In this document: in pieces, positions 25,301 to 38,520 of the stretch
Numbering within the stretch: the first letter of the stretch is position 1
Layout: each line of letters starts with the position of its first letter
DNA from: Eledone cirrhosa
Taxonomy: Eukaryota
Direction: 5' to 3'
Length of the DNA: 64,000 nt
Assembly (NCBI GenBank): GCA_964016885.1
Contig: OZ024764.1
Location: 6,758,001 to 6,822,000 of the forward strand
Translations under genes and position numbers: made by a program
The notes under the pieces: model-generated
The model's database searches: none
What the model was told of the DNA's origin: nothing
The model's input: the letters and a program-made list of their open reading frames with translations, nothing else

Positions 25301-25721
25301 GAATTTGTGTGGTAGAGACAGGTACACATGTTGTTGAAGTGTTTTACTCCGTCAATACTCCGATATGTCCAGCTCCTGGTTGGGTTGTTATTTCTCCGAG
25401 GAACTGGAATCATATGAAGATGGCTGTCACCGAAATATATATAGCAGTACATCTTTAATAAACGAAGCCAAATTTTAAATATTTGACTTGATTATTTTAC
25501 ATTACTCCAGAGTAACCAAACCAACCTTGTGTACTTCGTTGAGTGCTCCAATCTGCATACTGAGGTGTCGGTAAACAACCAACATATACTCAAAATATAT
25601 ATATATATATACATGTATATATATATCCTTGCTATTCTTCAGTTTGTCATGGCCATCATGAGCAAGTCCATGCTGGAGCACTCTACTTTTATGTCTTCTC
25701 ATCTCCTCGTTTCTTCTGTAG

Positions 25722-25860
25722 ATTGGTTTCCCCAATGCCGGCAAGTCCACCCTCCTGCGAGCTATCAGTCGTGCAAGACCTCGGGTGGCTGCCTATCCAT
25801 TCACCACCCTCAACCCACACATAGGCATTGTGGAATATGATGACTATATCCAAGTCGCAG
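25722..25860 (+). CDS. MTG2: MTG2 coding exon 5 (G1/G2 GTPase motifs)
   Basis: [46 protein letters not shown]. ctgtag acceptor, G|gtgagt donor. Confidence 0.96.
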
Positions 25861-25881
25861 GTGAGTTAACAATCACAGCTG

Positions 25882-26056
25882 TTAACCCCTTTTTAGTAGC
25901 AAACCACCCGGGATTCTACCATATTAAGTTGTACATTTTAAAGTGTTTATATTTATCTAAAACCTTCCATTATAATATTATGTAAGAACCTTTGTTAAGT
26001 TATGTTCCAAACACGAACAGTGTCTTTCATTAGAAATATGGTAATGAAAGGGTTAA
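25882..26056. mobile_element. TTAA-flanked MITE
   Basis: TTAACCCCTTT...GAAAGGGTTAA termini. Related pieces at 41780-41873 and 58911-59148. Confidence 0.6.
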
Positions 26057-26725
26057 AGTGTTTATATTTATCTAAAAACCTTGCATCATAATTTTATGTA
26101 AGAACCTCATCATTAAAACACCCAAGAAAACCCCTATGAGATACAACGTTGTTGGAGGCCAGCTAAACCTACATATGTCTTAACTGTAACAACATGACAT
26201 GACTGATGCTCCTGTCATTAAAATGCTCAAGAAACCTTGTAGGAGGCCAGCTAAACCTATACAAGTGTGAGCTGTAACAACATGATACGACTGGGGTCCC
26301 TATCATTAAAACACCTAAGAAAACTGTTGTGAGATACAACTTTGTAGGTGGCCAGCTAAACATAGGTGTAACAACAACTCGATAGAACTGGGTCCCTATC
26401 GTTAAACACCCCAAAAAACCTTTGAAATAAAATCTTGTTGGAGACCAGCTAAACCTACATATGTGTGAACTGTAACCTGATGGTCCCTATCATTAGAAAA
26501 CCTGGGCAACAACCCTCACCAATAAGCCATATGCCCTCACAAAAGGTACTTTTATACAGGTATTTTATAGGATATTTTTATACAGGTATTTATAGGTCTG
26601 GGACCCTTATCATTAAAACATCAACGAAACCTCTCTCGAGATAACAACCTTGTGAGAGACCAGCTAAACTGACATTGGTGTGAGCTGTAAATTTTACTAT
26701 CTTAGTAAGGAAACAATAATTTTAG

Positions 26726-27533
26726 TAAATGTTATGAGATATTATGAGAGGTAAAGCCTTTACTGTGACAATACAATAGTATATATAGAGTAATGTAAAT
26801 GTTATGTGAGATATTATGTGAGGTAAAGCCTTTACTGTGAAAATACAATAGTATATATAGAGTAATGTAAATGTTATGTGAGATATTATGTGAGGTAAAG
26901 CCTTTACTGTGACAATACAATAGTATATATAGAGTAATGTAAATGTTATGTGAGATATTATGTGAGGTAAAGCATTTGCTGTGAAAATACAATAGTATAT
27001 ATAGAGTAATGTAAATGTTATGTGAGATATTATGTGAGGTAAAGCCTTTACTGTGAAAATACAATAGTATATATAGAGTAATGTAAATGTTATGTGAGAT
27101 ATTATGTGAGGTAAAGCCTTTACTGTGACAATACAATAGTATATATAGAGTAATGTAAATGTTATGTGAGATATTATGTGAGGTAAAGCCTTTACTGTGA
27201 CAATACAATAGTATATATAGAGTAATGTAAATGTTATGTGAGATATTATGTGAGGTAAAGCCTTTACTGTGACAATACAATAGTATATATAGAGTAATGT
27301 AAATGTTATGTGAGATATTATGTGAAGTAAAGCCTTTACTGTGACAATACAATAGTATATATAGAGTAATGTAAATGTTATGTGAGATATTATGTGAGGT
27401 AAAGCCTTTACTGTGACAATACAATAGTATATATAGAGTAATGTAAATGTTATGTGAGATATTATGTGAGGTAAAGCCTTTACTGCGAAAATACAATAGT
27501 ATATATAGAGTAATGTAAATGCTAAAAGGTTAA
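26726..27533. repeat. 72 bp minisatellite (about 11 units) ending at a TTAA-element terminus
   Basis: Period 72; ends AATGCTAAAAGGTTAA. The same unit occurs at 46310-46500 (inverted) and 59300-59712. Confidence 0.95.
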
Positions 27534-27568
27534 CATATAAAGCTCATCTATCTGTTTCTGTCCTACAG

Positions 27569-27944
27569 TGGCTGACATTCCAGGATTGATTGAAGGAGCA
27601 CACATCAATAAAGGGCTTGGTCATTCCTTCCTTCGCCACATTGAACGCTGCACATGTCTGCTCTATGTCATCGACCTGTCAGGCCACAAGTGCTGGACAC
27701 AGCTGAGTGCCCTCAAGAGTGAACTGGAGCACTACCAGCCTGGCCTGTCTGAGAGGCCCCATGCCATAGTTGCCAATAAGATCGACATGCCTTGGACAAA
27801 GAAGAACCTTGAGCTCTTGAAAAGCCAGGTGGACCTTCCCTTGTTTGCTGTGTCGGCGAAGCAGAAGATGAACATCGAGCCCCTTCTGCAGCATGTACGA
27901 ACTCTGTATGACAACAACATAAATACAGATACCAATAAAGATAG

Positions 27945-27987
<43 letters not shown>

Positions 27988-28026
27988 TATGGAGGTGCTG
28001 GTCAGCGTTTTAGAACTAATTTGTGA
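27569..28026 (+). CDS. MTG2: MTG2 last coding exon (G3-G5)
   Basis: VADIPGLIEGAHINKGLGHSFLRHIERC...VANKID...VSAK, stop TGA at 28024-28026. The joined CDS is 1230 nt (409 aa). Confidence 0.96.
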
Positions 28027-28645
28027 TTATAAAATATATTTATTTAATTTTTGAAGCTTGTTTTTGTTTTCAATTTATGTTTTTTTTTTGGACATTGACT
28101 GATGATGATGATGATGACTGCTTCACATATACATACATATACATACATATACACACACATGATGGCTGCCTCCTCGTTATCGAGTATGGCCATTGCACGA
28201 TATACCATTATCAATAATTATTAATTAATTCTATCGTGCAATGCCTGTGCGTGAAGATATTTTTGAAAGTGAGGAAAGACTGTGCACTGAGCCAATCCCA
28301 CTCTCTGAGAGACAGTAGCTATAACCTGAAAAGGAGAAAAGATCAACATCATCTGTAACTACTGAGCTGCAGGTTTTATATGGGAGTTATCCCAGTTTCC
28401 TGAGTTGCCTTCTCCTAGAAGAAGGCCGTGACAAAGGCTAGGGGTCCTTTACTCCCAGTGGTTTAACTTCGCGATCGTGTATCAAGCTCGATTATTACTA
28501 TGTGCCCATGCATATACATACATATGTATATATATGTATGTATATATACGTGTATATACATACATATGTATATATACGTATGTATATATATATATATGTA
28601 TATATACGTGCATATACATACATATGTATATATACGTATGTATAT

Positions 28646-28982
28646 GGAGGCACATGGCTTAGTGGTTAGAGCATTGGCCTTGCAATCGAAAGGTTGTGAG
28701 TTCAATTCTCAGACCGGGTGATGTGTTGTTTCCTTGAGCAAGACACTTTATTTCACATTGCTCCAGTTTACTCAGCTGTAGAAATGAGATGATAGGGACT
28801 GGGGTCCCTATCATTCCACTGTAAAGTGGTCATGGAGGTGCCACAGCAAAAAAGGCACCCAGCACGCACTGTAAATGAGGTTGGTGTTAGGAAGGGCATC
28901 CAGCTGTAGAAATCAAGCCAGAATCAGTTCCCGTCCCACCCTTGCAAGCAGGGAAAAGGGGACATAAAATGATGATGATGAT
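28646..28982 (+). mobile_element. tRNA-derived SINE (family A)
   Basis: A/B boxes and consensus body. Confidence 0.9.
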
Positions 28983-29594
28983 GTATATACATTTTTATAC
29001 ATTTTTGAATGGCCAATGACTCTTATGAGTTCTTCCACCCTTTGTCATACATACTCACATCCTACAACATATATATATATTACTACATACACACACACAA
29101 TCCACAATGAGGCACCACCTTTAAGGGATTTAGTTGATCATATCAACCCCAGTTCTCTTGTACTTGTTTCAGGACCTAGTCCACGCTGTAAAGTGGTTGT
29201 GAAGGTGCCACAGTAAAAAAGCACCCAGCACTCACTGTAAATGAGGTTGGTGTTAGGAAGAGCTGTAGAAAACCTGCCAGATAGTCCTATACGAGCGAGA
29301 CACGGTCACCTCATCAATCTTGGCTCAAGTGGGACAATTCTCGTCTAACCCATGCTAGCGTGGAAGATAGACATTAACTGATGATGATGATAGGATCACC
29401 TAAATCCCTTGAAGGTGGTGTTCCAGCTTGGCCGGTGTTTGTTAAATTGTGAAGGATTCAGCAGTTTGTTAAATTGGGAAGGATTCAGCAGTTTCCCATT
29501 CCGAATGAGGGGATATATAGGAAAAGGGGGGTCCAAGTATCAGCATGTGTATGTGTTGTAGTACTCCACTGTGGATATAGGATGAGTGTGTATG

Positions 29595-30318
29595 TCTTCT
29601 TGTGACGCTAAACTCTGCCAGTTTACATGTGATATCTCTCTCCACAAAGTTCGATCACCAACACCAGAGTTTAAAGAGCAAAGATCAAGTCCAGTCCATA
29701 AGTTGACATTATCAAGCCATCGTTTTGGCTGCCGGCCTCTGCTTCTCTTACCAGCCAACCTTCCTTCCAGGAATATATAATACCTTTTGATCACCAACAG
29801 CAGAGTTTAAAGAGCAAAGATCAAGTCCAGTCCATAAGTTGATATTATCAAGCCATCATTTTGGCTGCCGGCCTCTGCTTCTCTTACCAGTCAACCTTCC
29901 TTCCAGAAATATATAATACCTTTTGATCACCAACAGCAGAGTTTTAACAACAAAGATCAAGTCCAGTCCATAAGTTGACATTATCAAGCCATCATTTTGG
30001 CTGCCGGCCTCTGCTTCTCTTACCAGCCAACCTTCCTTCTAGGTTTAACCTACTCACATCACGAGTTGATCTTTTTATATGGCCGTATAGTTTGAGTACT
30101 CTTGACTTGACAATTGATGTAATTGGTCTAAGTCAGGTAATGTTGAGCAGCTCACTGATACAGATACGGTTGCTCAGCCGCTTGCCAGCCATAAGTCTCA
30201 TGATGTGGTTCTGGAATGTAGAGAGCTTCTGAAGTGACCTTGTCCTCGTCCAATTAACACAGTCAAGACCATATAACACAACTGGTAGGATATTAGTGTG
30301 TATGTAGTAGTACTTCAT
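29595..30318 (-). mobile_element. RTE-like LINE 3' fragment with an approximately 135 bp triplication
   Basis: ILPVVLYGLDC, LEGRLAGKRSRGRQPKRWLDNV. The block repeats near 29660, 29795 and 29930. Confidence 0.75.
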
Positions 30319-30859
30319 TGGGGACTAGATGCAGGAGAGTGGGGGTTCATAGGTCAGTTGAATCCTGGGTATTAGGGGTACACTCCTAATATCCAGGATA
30401 TAAGGACAGGGACATAAAAAACAAACAAAACATATACAATACAAGTAGGGTTTATAACAGGAAGACTTTGTATGTAGTAGCGGTTCAGGGTGGATAGGAA
30501 AAGTGTCATAGTAATAATGGTTTCTACTTTTGGCACAAGGCCAGCAATTACCCTAGTGTATTACTGATGCTTTATTTTATCGACCCCGTAAGGATGAAAA
30601 GCAAAATTAACCTCGGCAGGATTTGAACTCAGATTGTAATCCCCCCCGAGGTTAACTTTATCTTTCATCCTTATGGAGTCGATAAAATAAGGTACCAGTA
30701 ATGCACTGGGGTAATTGCTGGCCTTAGAATAAATGATATAAGCCAAGGTTTCCTAACCTGAGTGATATTGCCCAGTTGGGTGGGTAATGTGAAACTGAAC
30801 AGAAAATGGTGGGCAATTGGACATTCTGGTGGATGATATGAGGTTTTGAGTATTAAGAA

Positions 30860-32209
30860 CGAATAGGCTATGTAGCCGGTAAACCCTAAAAGGACGCAAC
30901 ACATTGCTATAGCGTTTCACCAGCCCCTTCCTTCTGTTTATATATCTACCTGTAGATGTGTGTATATGTAGGTTTACACCTGTCTTGTCTCTATCTGTTT
31001 ATATATTTACCTGTAGATGTGTGTATATGTAGGTTTACACCTCTCTTATCTCTATCTGTCTATATATTTACCTGTAGATGTGTGTATATGTAGGTTTACA
31101 CCTCTCTTGTCTCTATCTGTCTATATATTTACCTGTAGATGTGTGTATATGTAGGTTTACACCTCTCATGTCTCTATCTGTCTATATATTTACCTGTAGA
31201 TGTGTGTATATGTAGGTTTACACCTGTCTTGTCTCTATCTGTCTATATATTTACCTGTAGATGTGTGTATATGTAGGTTTACACCTCTCTTGTCTCTGTC
31301 TATATATTTACCTGTAGATGTGTGTATATGTAGGTTTACACCTCTCTTGCCTCTATCTGTCTTATATATTTACCTGTAGATGTGTGTATATGTAGGTTTA
31401 CACCTCTCTTGTCTCTATCTGTCTATATATTTACCTGTAGATGTGTGTATATGTAGGTTTACACCTCTCATGTCTCTATCTGTCTATATATTTACCTGTA
31501 GATGTGTGTATATGTAGGTTTACACCTCTCTTGTCTCTGTTTATATATTTACCTGTAGATGTGTGTATATGTAGGTTTACACCTCTCTTGTCTCTATCTG
31601 TCTATATATTTACCTGTAGATGTGTGTATATGTAGGTTTACACCTCTCTTGTCTCTATCTGTCTATATATTTACCTGTAGATGTGTGTATATGTAGGTTT
31701 ACACCTCTCATGTCTCTATCTGTCTATATATTTACCTGTAGATGTGTGTATATGTAGGTTTACACCTGTCTTGTCTCTATCTGTCTATATATTTACCTGT
31801 AGATGTGTGTATATGTAGGTTTACACCTCTCTTGTCTCTATCTGTCTTATATATTTACCTGTAGATGTGTGTATATGTAGGTTTACACCTGTCTTGTCTC
31901 TATCTGTCTATATATCTACCTGTAGATGTGTGTATATGTAGGTTTACACCTCTCTTGTCTCTATCTGTCTTATATATTTACCTGTAGATGTGTGTATATG
32001 TAGGTTTACACCTCTCTTGTCTCTATCTGTCTATATATTTACCTGTAGATGTGTGTAGGTAACTAAAGTGTAACATATGTTACCAATGGACGACTAAATA
32101 ATTTTAACTTGTTTTTTTCACAATTTATGGTGGAAAAGATTTCAAATTGTCTTAACTCTGGCAGCAACTCCTAGTGTCTGACACTCTTACCGGCTACATA
32201 GCCTCTTCC
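30860..32209. mobile_element. Mutator-like non-autonomous TIR element carrying a 61 bp satellite
   Basis: TIRs GAATAGGCTATGTAGCCGGTAA / TTACCGGCTACATAGCCTCTTC. 9 bp direct repeat TATTAAGAA at 30851-30859 and 32210-32218. Confidence 0.8.
30933..32056. repeat. 61 bp minisatellite (about 18 units)
   Basis: Unit TATATATTTACCTGTAGATGTGTGTATATGTAGGTTTACACCTCTCTTGTCTCTATCTGTC. Confidence 0.95.
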
Positions 32210-32469
32210 TATTAAGAAAGTATTTCAACATATGCTACCTGGAAACAAATATTCTAAGGAGATATACAAAAGACTTGTATGTATAAACCAAAGTAAAACA
32301 AGAGAATAATTGGAAATAACGAACCAGTAACAGACTTTTAACAAACATTTCTGGTATTCTTTTGAATATTTACTATAGTGGTTGGCAGTGGAAAATTTCT
32401 TCATGTGAAAGTGGGCGATGATACAAAAAAGGTGGGGAGCCCCTGATATAAACCTTTTCCAATCCCAGG

Positions 32470-33195
32470 AAGGATCCATAGGTGATATAATTATCAGTGG
32501 AGGGGGTGCTCTGAGAGAATAGTAGTGAAAAAAAGGACAGGATGGAAGACGTTTAGAGAGCAACTACCTCTGTTGATAACAAAGGATCCATAGGAATGGT
32601 TGATAGCTTTTGTTACCTAGGTTATGTAATTAGCAGTGGAGGAGGGTGCCCTGAGAGTATAGTAGTGAAAATTAGGACAAGAAATTTAGAGAGCTACGAC
32701 CTCTGCATCCTTTAAAACCTCCATGCTTCCTGAAATTCGTCAACACTACACCTGATATTCCCCTTCCATACACACGCACATATGTATATCATGACTCATA
32801 CACTGTTCACTTTCCTGACATTTGTACATTACTCTATGTACTATACATGCACCTTTGATTAGTTGTAGTGCACCTGAGCAGTGTACACAATAATTTCATT
32901 ATCATTATCATTATAACAAATACTCATAGAAGTGGTTGATAGCTTTTGTTACCTAGGTGATATAATTAGCAGTGGAGGAGGGTGCTCTGAGAGTATATTA
33001 GCGAGAATAAGGAGAGAATGGAAGAAGTTTAGAGAGCAACTACTTCTGTTGATAACAAAAGGTTTCTCCCTATGAACCAAAGGTCAGCTGTATGACGCCT
33101 TGCTGCATGGTAGTGAAATATGGGCAGTAAACACAGAAGACGTGGGAAAATAGGAGAGAAATGAGGTGAGCATGCTTCGATGGATGTGTAATGTT
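32470..33195 (+). mobile_element. Degraded, partly triplicated RTE-like LINE fragment
   Basis: Repeated VDSFCYLGD..SGGGCSES-like blocks and an LHGSE motif. Confidence 0.7.
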
Positions 33196-33537
33196 AATAA
33201 GCAGCTCGTTCCCTTATTAAGGCCGACAGAAGGAGGACCATGGAGAACAACATGGGGGTAGTAAGGAAGACATCTACTATGGCTAAAGATCTGATGGCTT
33301 TCAAACGAGTTGTCGCCCTTGGTATTTTCCCAAGGGAGACAATCGAGTTCCTTCTTATATATGTGTCAATTTTTGTTCTAAATGCGATTAAAAAGATAAA
33401 CTTGTTTGTATATATAACATATATACTATCTCTCTCTATGTATATATATACACACATGTATACATATATATATATGATGGCTGCCCCCACGTTATCGAGT
33501 ATGGCCATTGCACGATAATAAAAAACAAACACAATAA

Positions 33538-36500
33538 TTAACGGTGCTGCGATTGAATGTGGATTATTAGCCCAGCCAATGATCTAAAATGTCTTGCACA
33601 GAGTTGACAACCATGATAAAAACATTCACTGGGAATAGCCGGCTGTTGTTGGTCTTCATGTACTTTTGCATGTCGTTTGAGCCTTCCTGATGATCTACAC
33701 TCTCTTCCACATGCTTGGCAGGCATGATGAGTAACATCTCCAACAGCAGCCTGGTAGTCAACCACTGGTCTCACTTTATGACTGCGAAAATGACTTTCGA
33801 GTCCAGCTTTGCTGAGGCAGAGTCTCGCACTGACGCTGCATGTCAGCGCCATAGGAGGACCTTTGCTGTCTGGAAATGTAACAGCAATGCCTTTCCTGAT
33901 ATCCCTTTTTACTTTCTCGTATGCGATTCGAGATGCTCCAAAAGCAACCTTCCCCTTATGTACAGTCTTTCTCCATTTATTACGATCAGCAGCTACGGTT
34001 TCCTATTTATCAGCAGAGATGCGTCTTTCAAAGAGGCTTTCAAAGAATCCTTATACCTCTTTTTTGGTTTATGTGGAGGTCGTTTTCCTTTAACTAACTC
34101 TCCATAAAAGAGTTGTTTTGGTATCCTAGAATCCTTCATCCTGGCAAGGTGACCACTCCATCAGAATCTTTGCTTAAGCACAAGAGTTTCTATACTTTCA
34201 CACAGAGAGCTTTCCAAAATCTCGACATCACTGATGAGGTCCCTCCAGTGAACGACATGGATCCGTCTGAGACACATCTGATGGAAACGCTCAAATTGTT
34301 CAAGGTGGTGTCAATGTGACCCAGGTCTCACAGGCATAAAGAGAAGAGAGCACACATGTCTTGTACACCTTTACTTCTGTCCTCTTGCATATGTCTCGCC
34401 GACCCCAGAGGTGCCTTTCTAGCTTTCCGAAAGCATCACTTGCTTTCCTAATCCTGAGTGGAATTTCCTTATCAAGAATGCTGTATTGATTGACAGTGCT
34501 TCCCAGGTAGACAAACTGATCAACCATTCCAAGTCGTTTACCATATACATAGATATTTGGTTCACTGTACTGCTTACCAGGGGCAGGTTGGTACATGACG
34601 ACAGGTTTCTTGAGTCTGACAATCAGACCTAGGGCAGTGAAAGCATCAGAAAATGCATTCAAAATGTGCTGCATATCACTCTCTGTGTGCGCTACAAGAT
34701 CGCAATCATCTGCATACAAGAGGTCTCTTATGATTGATGTAAATACTTTTGTTTTTCAGCAAAGCGCCTGATGTTAAATATGATGCCAGAGGTTCGATAT
34801 TGGATGTAAACACCATGCTTGCAATTCCCGAATTGCAAAGTATATGGCAAATAGGGTCGGTGTTGGAATATTCCCCTGTTTCACTCCATTTTTTGAGATA
34901 GGCTCCGACATGTTACTTCTGACATTAACCCAAGCCTTCATGTCATCATGGAAAGACCTAACCAAGGAACTTATCAGAGCAACCAAGTTTCTGGAGAACC
35001 TTCTGTGGTTAGAAAAAGCCATCTCACTTACCGCTTTTCATAGGCGCCGCTAAATCCCAAGGCTGGTTTCTCCTCTTCCACGTGCGTCCAACTCATTAAC
35101 ACCCGGGAGCTGCCAAGCTCGCGTCCACACCGTTCCTGGTCACCACTAGAGAGAGGCTGATCTGCTGGCCCTTCCGGTCGAGCACCCTTCCGGCCAAGCA
35201 CCCTTCCGGTTAAGCACTCTTCCGGTCGAGCATTCTTCCGGTCGAGCACTCCCCAGTTTCCGGCTACAGCACCATACCCACACCTTCCACAATGCATTTC
35301 TGTTAATAGTATTGAGCTTTGTCAGATCAACAAAAACCTGAGACAGATCCAAACCCTGTCCCATGCACTTCTCCTGGAGCTGTCTAGCTGAGAAGATCAT
35401 ATCAGTAGTGCCACGTCCAACACGAAAACCAGATTGACATTCAGGAAGAACGCAATCTGCAATGTGTGTCAGCAGACGGTTCAGAAGCACCCACATAAAA
35501 TTTTTCGTACGACAGAAAGCAGTGATATACCCCTATAGTTTCCACAATCATTCTTGTTACCCTTGTACAAGACTACCATTACTACATCTCTCCAGTCCTC
35601 AGGCTAGCCCATATCCTGCCAAACAAAGAGTGAAGATTTCGCAGAAGTCTCTCATCACCATATTGTAAGAGCTCTGGATGTATGCCATCCATACCTGGAG
35701 ACCTTCCACTGTTCAGCTTACAGACAGCTACTGCAACTTCCTCTAACGTTGGTGGTTCTGCGAGAGCTACTTTTGTAAGTTTTTCAGGGATTAGATTGAG
35801 GAAATCCTTATTGACGACAGACGGCCAATTCAAAATTCATCAAAGTGCTCTTGCCACTTTCACAGAATTCCTTGTGAGTCACGAAGAAATTCCTTGCCAT
35901 CTCTGCTGCGAAGCGGTGTCACCAGAGAAGAAGACGGTACATAAACTTCACACAAGAGATTGTACAACATTTTTGTGTTATTGGAATCTGATGCAGTTTG
36001 TATCTCATCAGCCTTCTCACTCCACCACTTATCCTTCATCTGAGAAAGACTCCGCCTCACACGTGATTTCACATCCTTGAGTTCCTTATGCAACATATTC
36101 TTCTCCTGTGGCTTTACTGCCAAGTAGCATGACAGAGCACGGTTCTTGTCAGCCAACAAGTCTTCTATATGTTCATCATTTTCGTTAAACCAGTCTTGAT
36201 GCTTTCTTTGTACCAATCCCAGAACACACCTGCCTACATCATAAACCGACCTTTTAAGGGTTGGCCAATCCTCACCTATATCTGCAACATGTATCTCTTT
36301 TCGCAATGTTCTCTTCACACTATTATCCCTAAGACAAGCAACATTCAGTCTTTTAGGCAGGATAACACCAGCAGCCCGGATTTTACGTTTTGTGATTAAT
36401 CTCATTTTTGCACGTACCAGGTGGTGTTCCGTCCAACACTCAGCACCACGAAGAACACAAACACACTGCGCAACCCGTCTGTCACGCACCCTGACAAGGA

Positions 36501-36550
36501 TGTAGTCCAGAAGATGCAATTCTTTAGATGCAGGGTGCATCCATGTGGGG
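33538..36550 (-). mobile_element. RTE/BovB-like LINE, degraded, with C-terminal C2H2-like motifs and an insertion at about 35030-35275
   Basis: HLLDYILVR, GAECWTEHHLV, GRSPGMDGIHPE, LPECQSGFRVGRGTTDMIF, GVKQG, YADDCDL, YLGS, C..C....R..GL..H. Confidence 0.9.
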
Positions 36551-36588
<38 letters not shown>

Positions 36589-36594
36589 CTAAAT

Positions 36595-36979
36595 ACAAAG
36601 TAAAACCTACTACAGTCAGTAGGCACCTCTAACAAAATACACCACTGTCCCACTACCCTCACCCCATCCACCCCACCCCTTCCAATGTAAAGTTATGTTG
36701 GTACCACAACATCCAGGCCGAAACAAATGAGGTCGTGTAGGTGTCACGACAAAAAAACACACAGTCCACGCTGTAATGTGGCCGTGTAGGTAACACAGTA
36801 AAAACCTCCCAGTTCCACACTGTAAATGTGGTTGGTGTTAGGAAGGGCATCCAGCTGTAGAAAACCCGCCAGACAGTCCTATGCGAGCAAGACAACCACT
36901 CTTGCCTCAAGTGGGAACACTCCCGTCCAAACCCATGCAAGCGTGGAATATGGACGTTAAATGATGATGATGATGATGA

Positions 36980-36983
<4 letters not shown>
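36595..36983 (+). mobile_element. LINE 3' UTR copy
   Basis: Reverse complement of 6460-6820; (GAT)n tail. Confidence 0.75.
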
Positions 36984-37057
<74 letters not shown>

Positions 37058-37167
37058 GTGAAAGCAGCGATTCTTTGCTTAAACTTTAATCTGTTATTTT
37101 AATAAATAAATATATATATATATATATATAATATATAAGATCAAAAGATGGTTAAAAGAGTTCCATG

Positions 37168-37238
37168 TATTTTATTATGCGCATTTCAAAAACAAATATC
37201 ATCATGCAATAACATTTGTGTTTTCATCAGATAAAATA
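37168..37238 (-). ncRNA. Minimal type I hammerhead (left arm of fold-back 37131-37410)
   Basis: TATTTTAT-CTGATGA-AAACACAAATGTTATT gcat GATGATATTTGTTTTT-GAAA-T-GCGC-A-TA-ATAAAATA. Confidence 0.8.
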
Positions 37239-37301
37239 GGAAGACATGATTTAAAACTGTACTATCCACAAGTGTTTTTTAACCTTCATATCATGTCTTC
37301 C

Positions 37302-37372
37302 TATTTTATCTGATGAAAACACAAATGTTATTGCATGATGATATTTGTTTTTGAAATGCACATAATAAAATA
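37302..37372 (+). ncRNA. Minimal type I hammerhead (right arm of fold-back 37131-37410)
   Basis: Same motif on the + strand, with loop 3 GCAC (palindrome broken by one change). Confidence 0.75.
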
Positions 37373-37625
37373 CATGGAACTCTTTTAACCATCTTTTGAT
37401 CTTATATATTATGTATACTCCAGTCCTACAAACTGTAGAGTGCTTCTTATCCGATATCTGCATTGCTTTATTGTACTACAATAAAACTCACCTCCTACAT
37501 TATATATATATATATATCCAGGGAGTGTAACGTGGAGTTACTGTAAGTTTACCCAGGTGAGCACTTGATGTTTAGGTTCACGTCTGTAGCGCGGTGTAGA
37601 GCTAGTGTAAATATAATAGTACAAG

Positions 37626-37850
37626 GACGATTGGTTACTCCTTCATTACGTTTATTGGTTGGTGACGTGTGTTTCGCTATTGATCAGCTCAAGGTTCGAT
37701 CTGCATCGATCTGGCCCGACTCTGAATCAAAAGCTCTTCGGGTCTCTGTAGTAGTAATGACAGAGTCGGGCTAGATCGAACCTTGAGCTGATCAGTAGTG
37801 AAACACACGTCACCAACTAATAAACATAATGAAGGAGTAACCATTCGTCC
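37626..37850. repeat. Inverted repeat with a degenerate hammerhead
   Basis: Arms about 37626-37723 and 37761-37850. Minus strand reads CCGAAGA-GCTTTTGATTCAG...CTGATCAATAGC-GAAAC-ACAC-GTC. Confidence 0.65.
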
Positions 37851-38119
37851 TTCTATGATTATATGGACTGGGAGTATCGGTAGAGGGTCGGACGCCATAC
37901 TTTGGCGCATAGAGTTACGTCCCTTTACGGTCTGAGTTCAAATCCCGCCGAAGTTAACTTTGCCTTTCATCCTTACGGGGTCGATAAAATAAAGTACCAG
38001 TAATGCACTGGGTAATTGCTGGCCTTGTGCCAAAAGTAGAAACAATTATATATATACACACACGCAGATATATATATATATACACACACACATACACATA
38101 CATATATATATATATATAT

Positions 38120-38520
38120 ACACACACACAGATATATATTACATATACCTTTATAAGCTTTTATAGAGCACCTCCGCGCATGAGCACACCCCTCTTATAT
38201 TAAACACACACACATACATATATATACACACACACATACACATACATATATATATACACACACAGATATATATTACATATACCTTTATAAGCTTTTATAG
38301 AGCACCTCCGCGCATGAGCACACCACTCTTATATTAAACACACACACATACATATATATATATATACACACACACAGATATATATTACATACACCTTTAT
38401 AAGCTTTTATAGAGCACCTCCGCGCATGAGCACACCACTCTTATATTAAACACACACACATACATATATATACACACACACATACACATACATATATATA
38501 TATACACACACACAGATATG
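38120..38520. repeat. Three tandem copies of an approximately 75 bp unit separated by CA/TA microsatellite
   Basis: CAGATATATATTACATATACCTTTATAAGCTTTTATAGAGCACCTCCGCGCATGAGCACACC x3. Confidence 0.9.
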
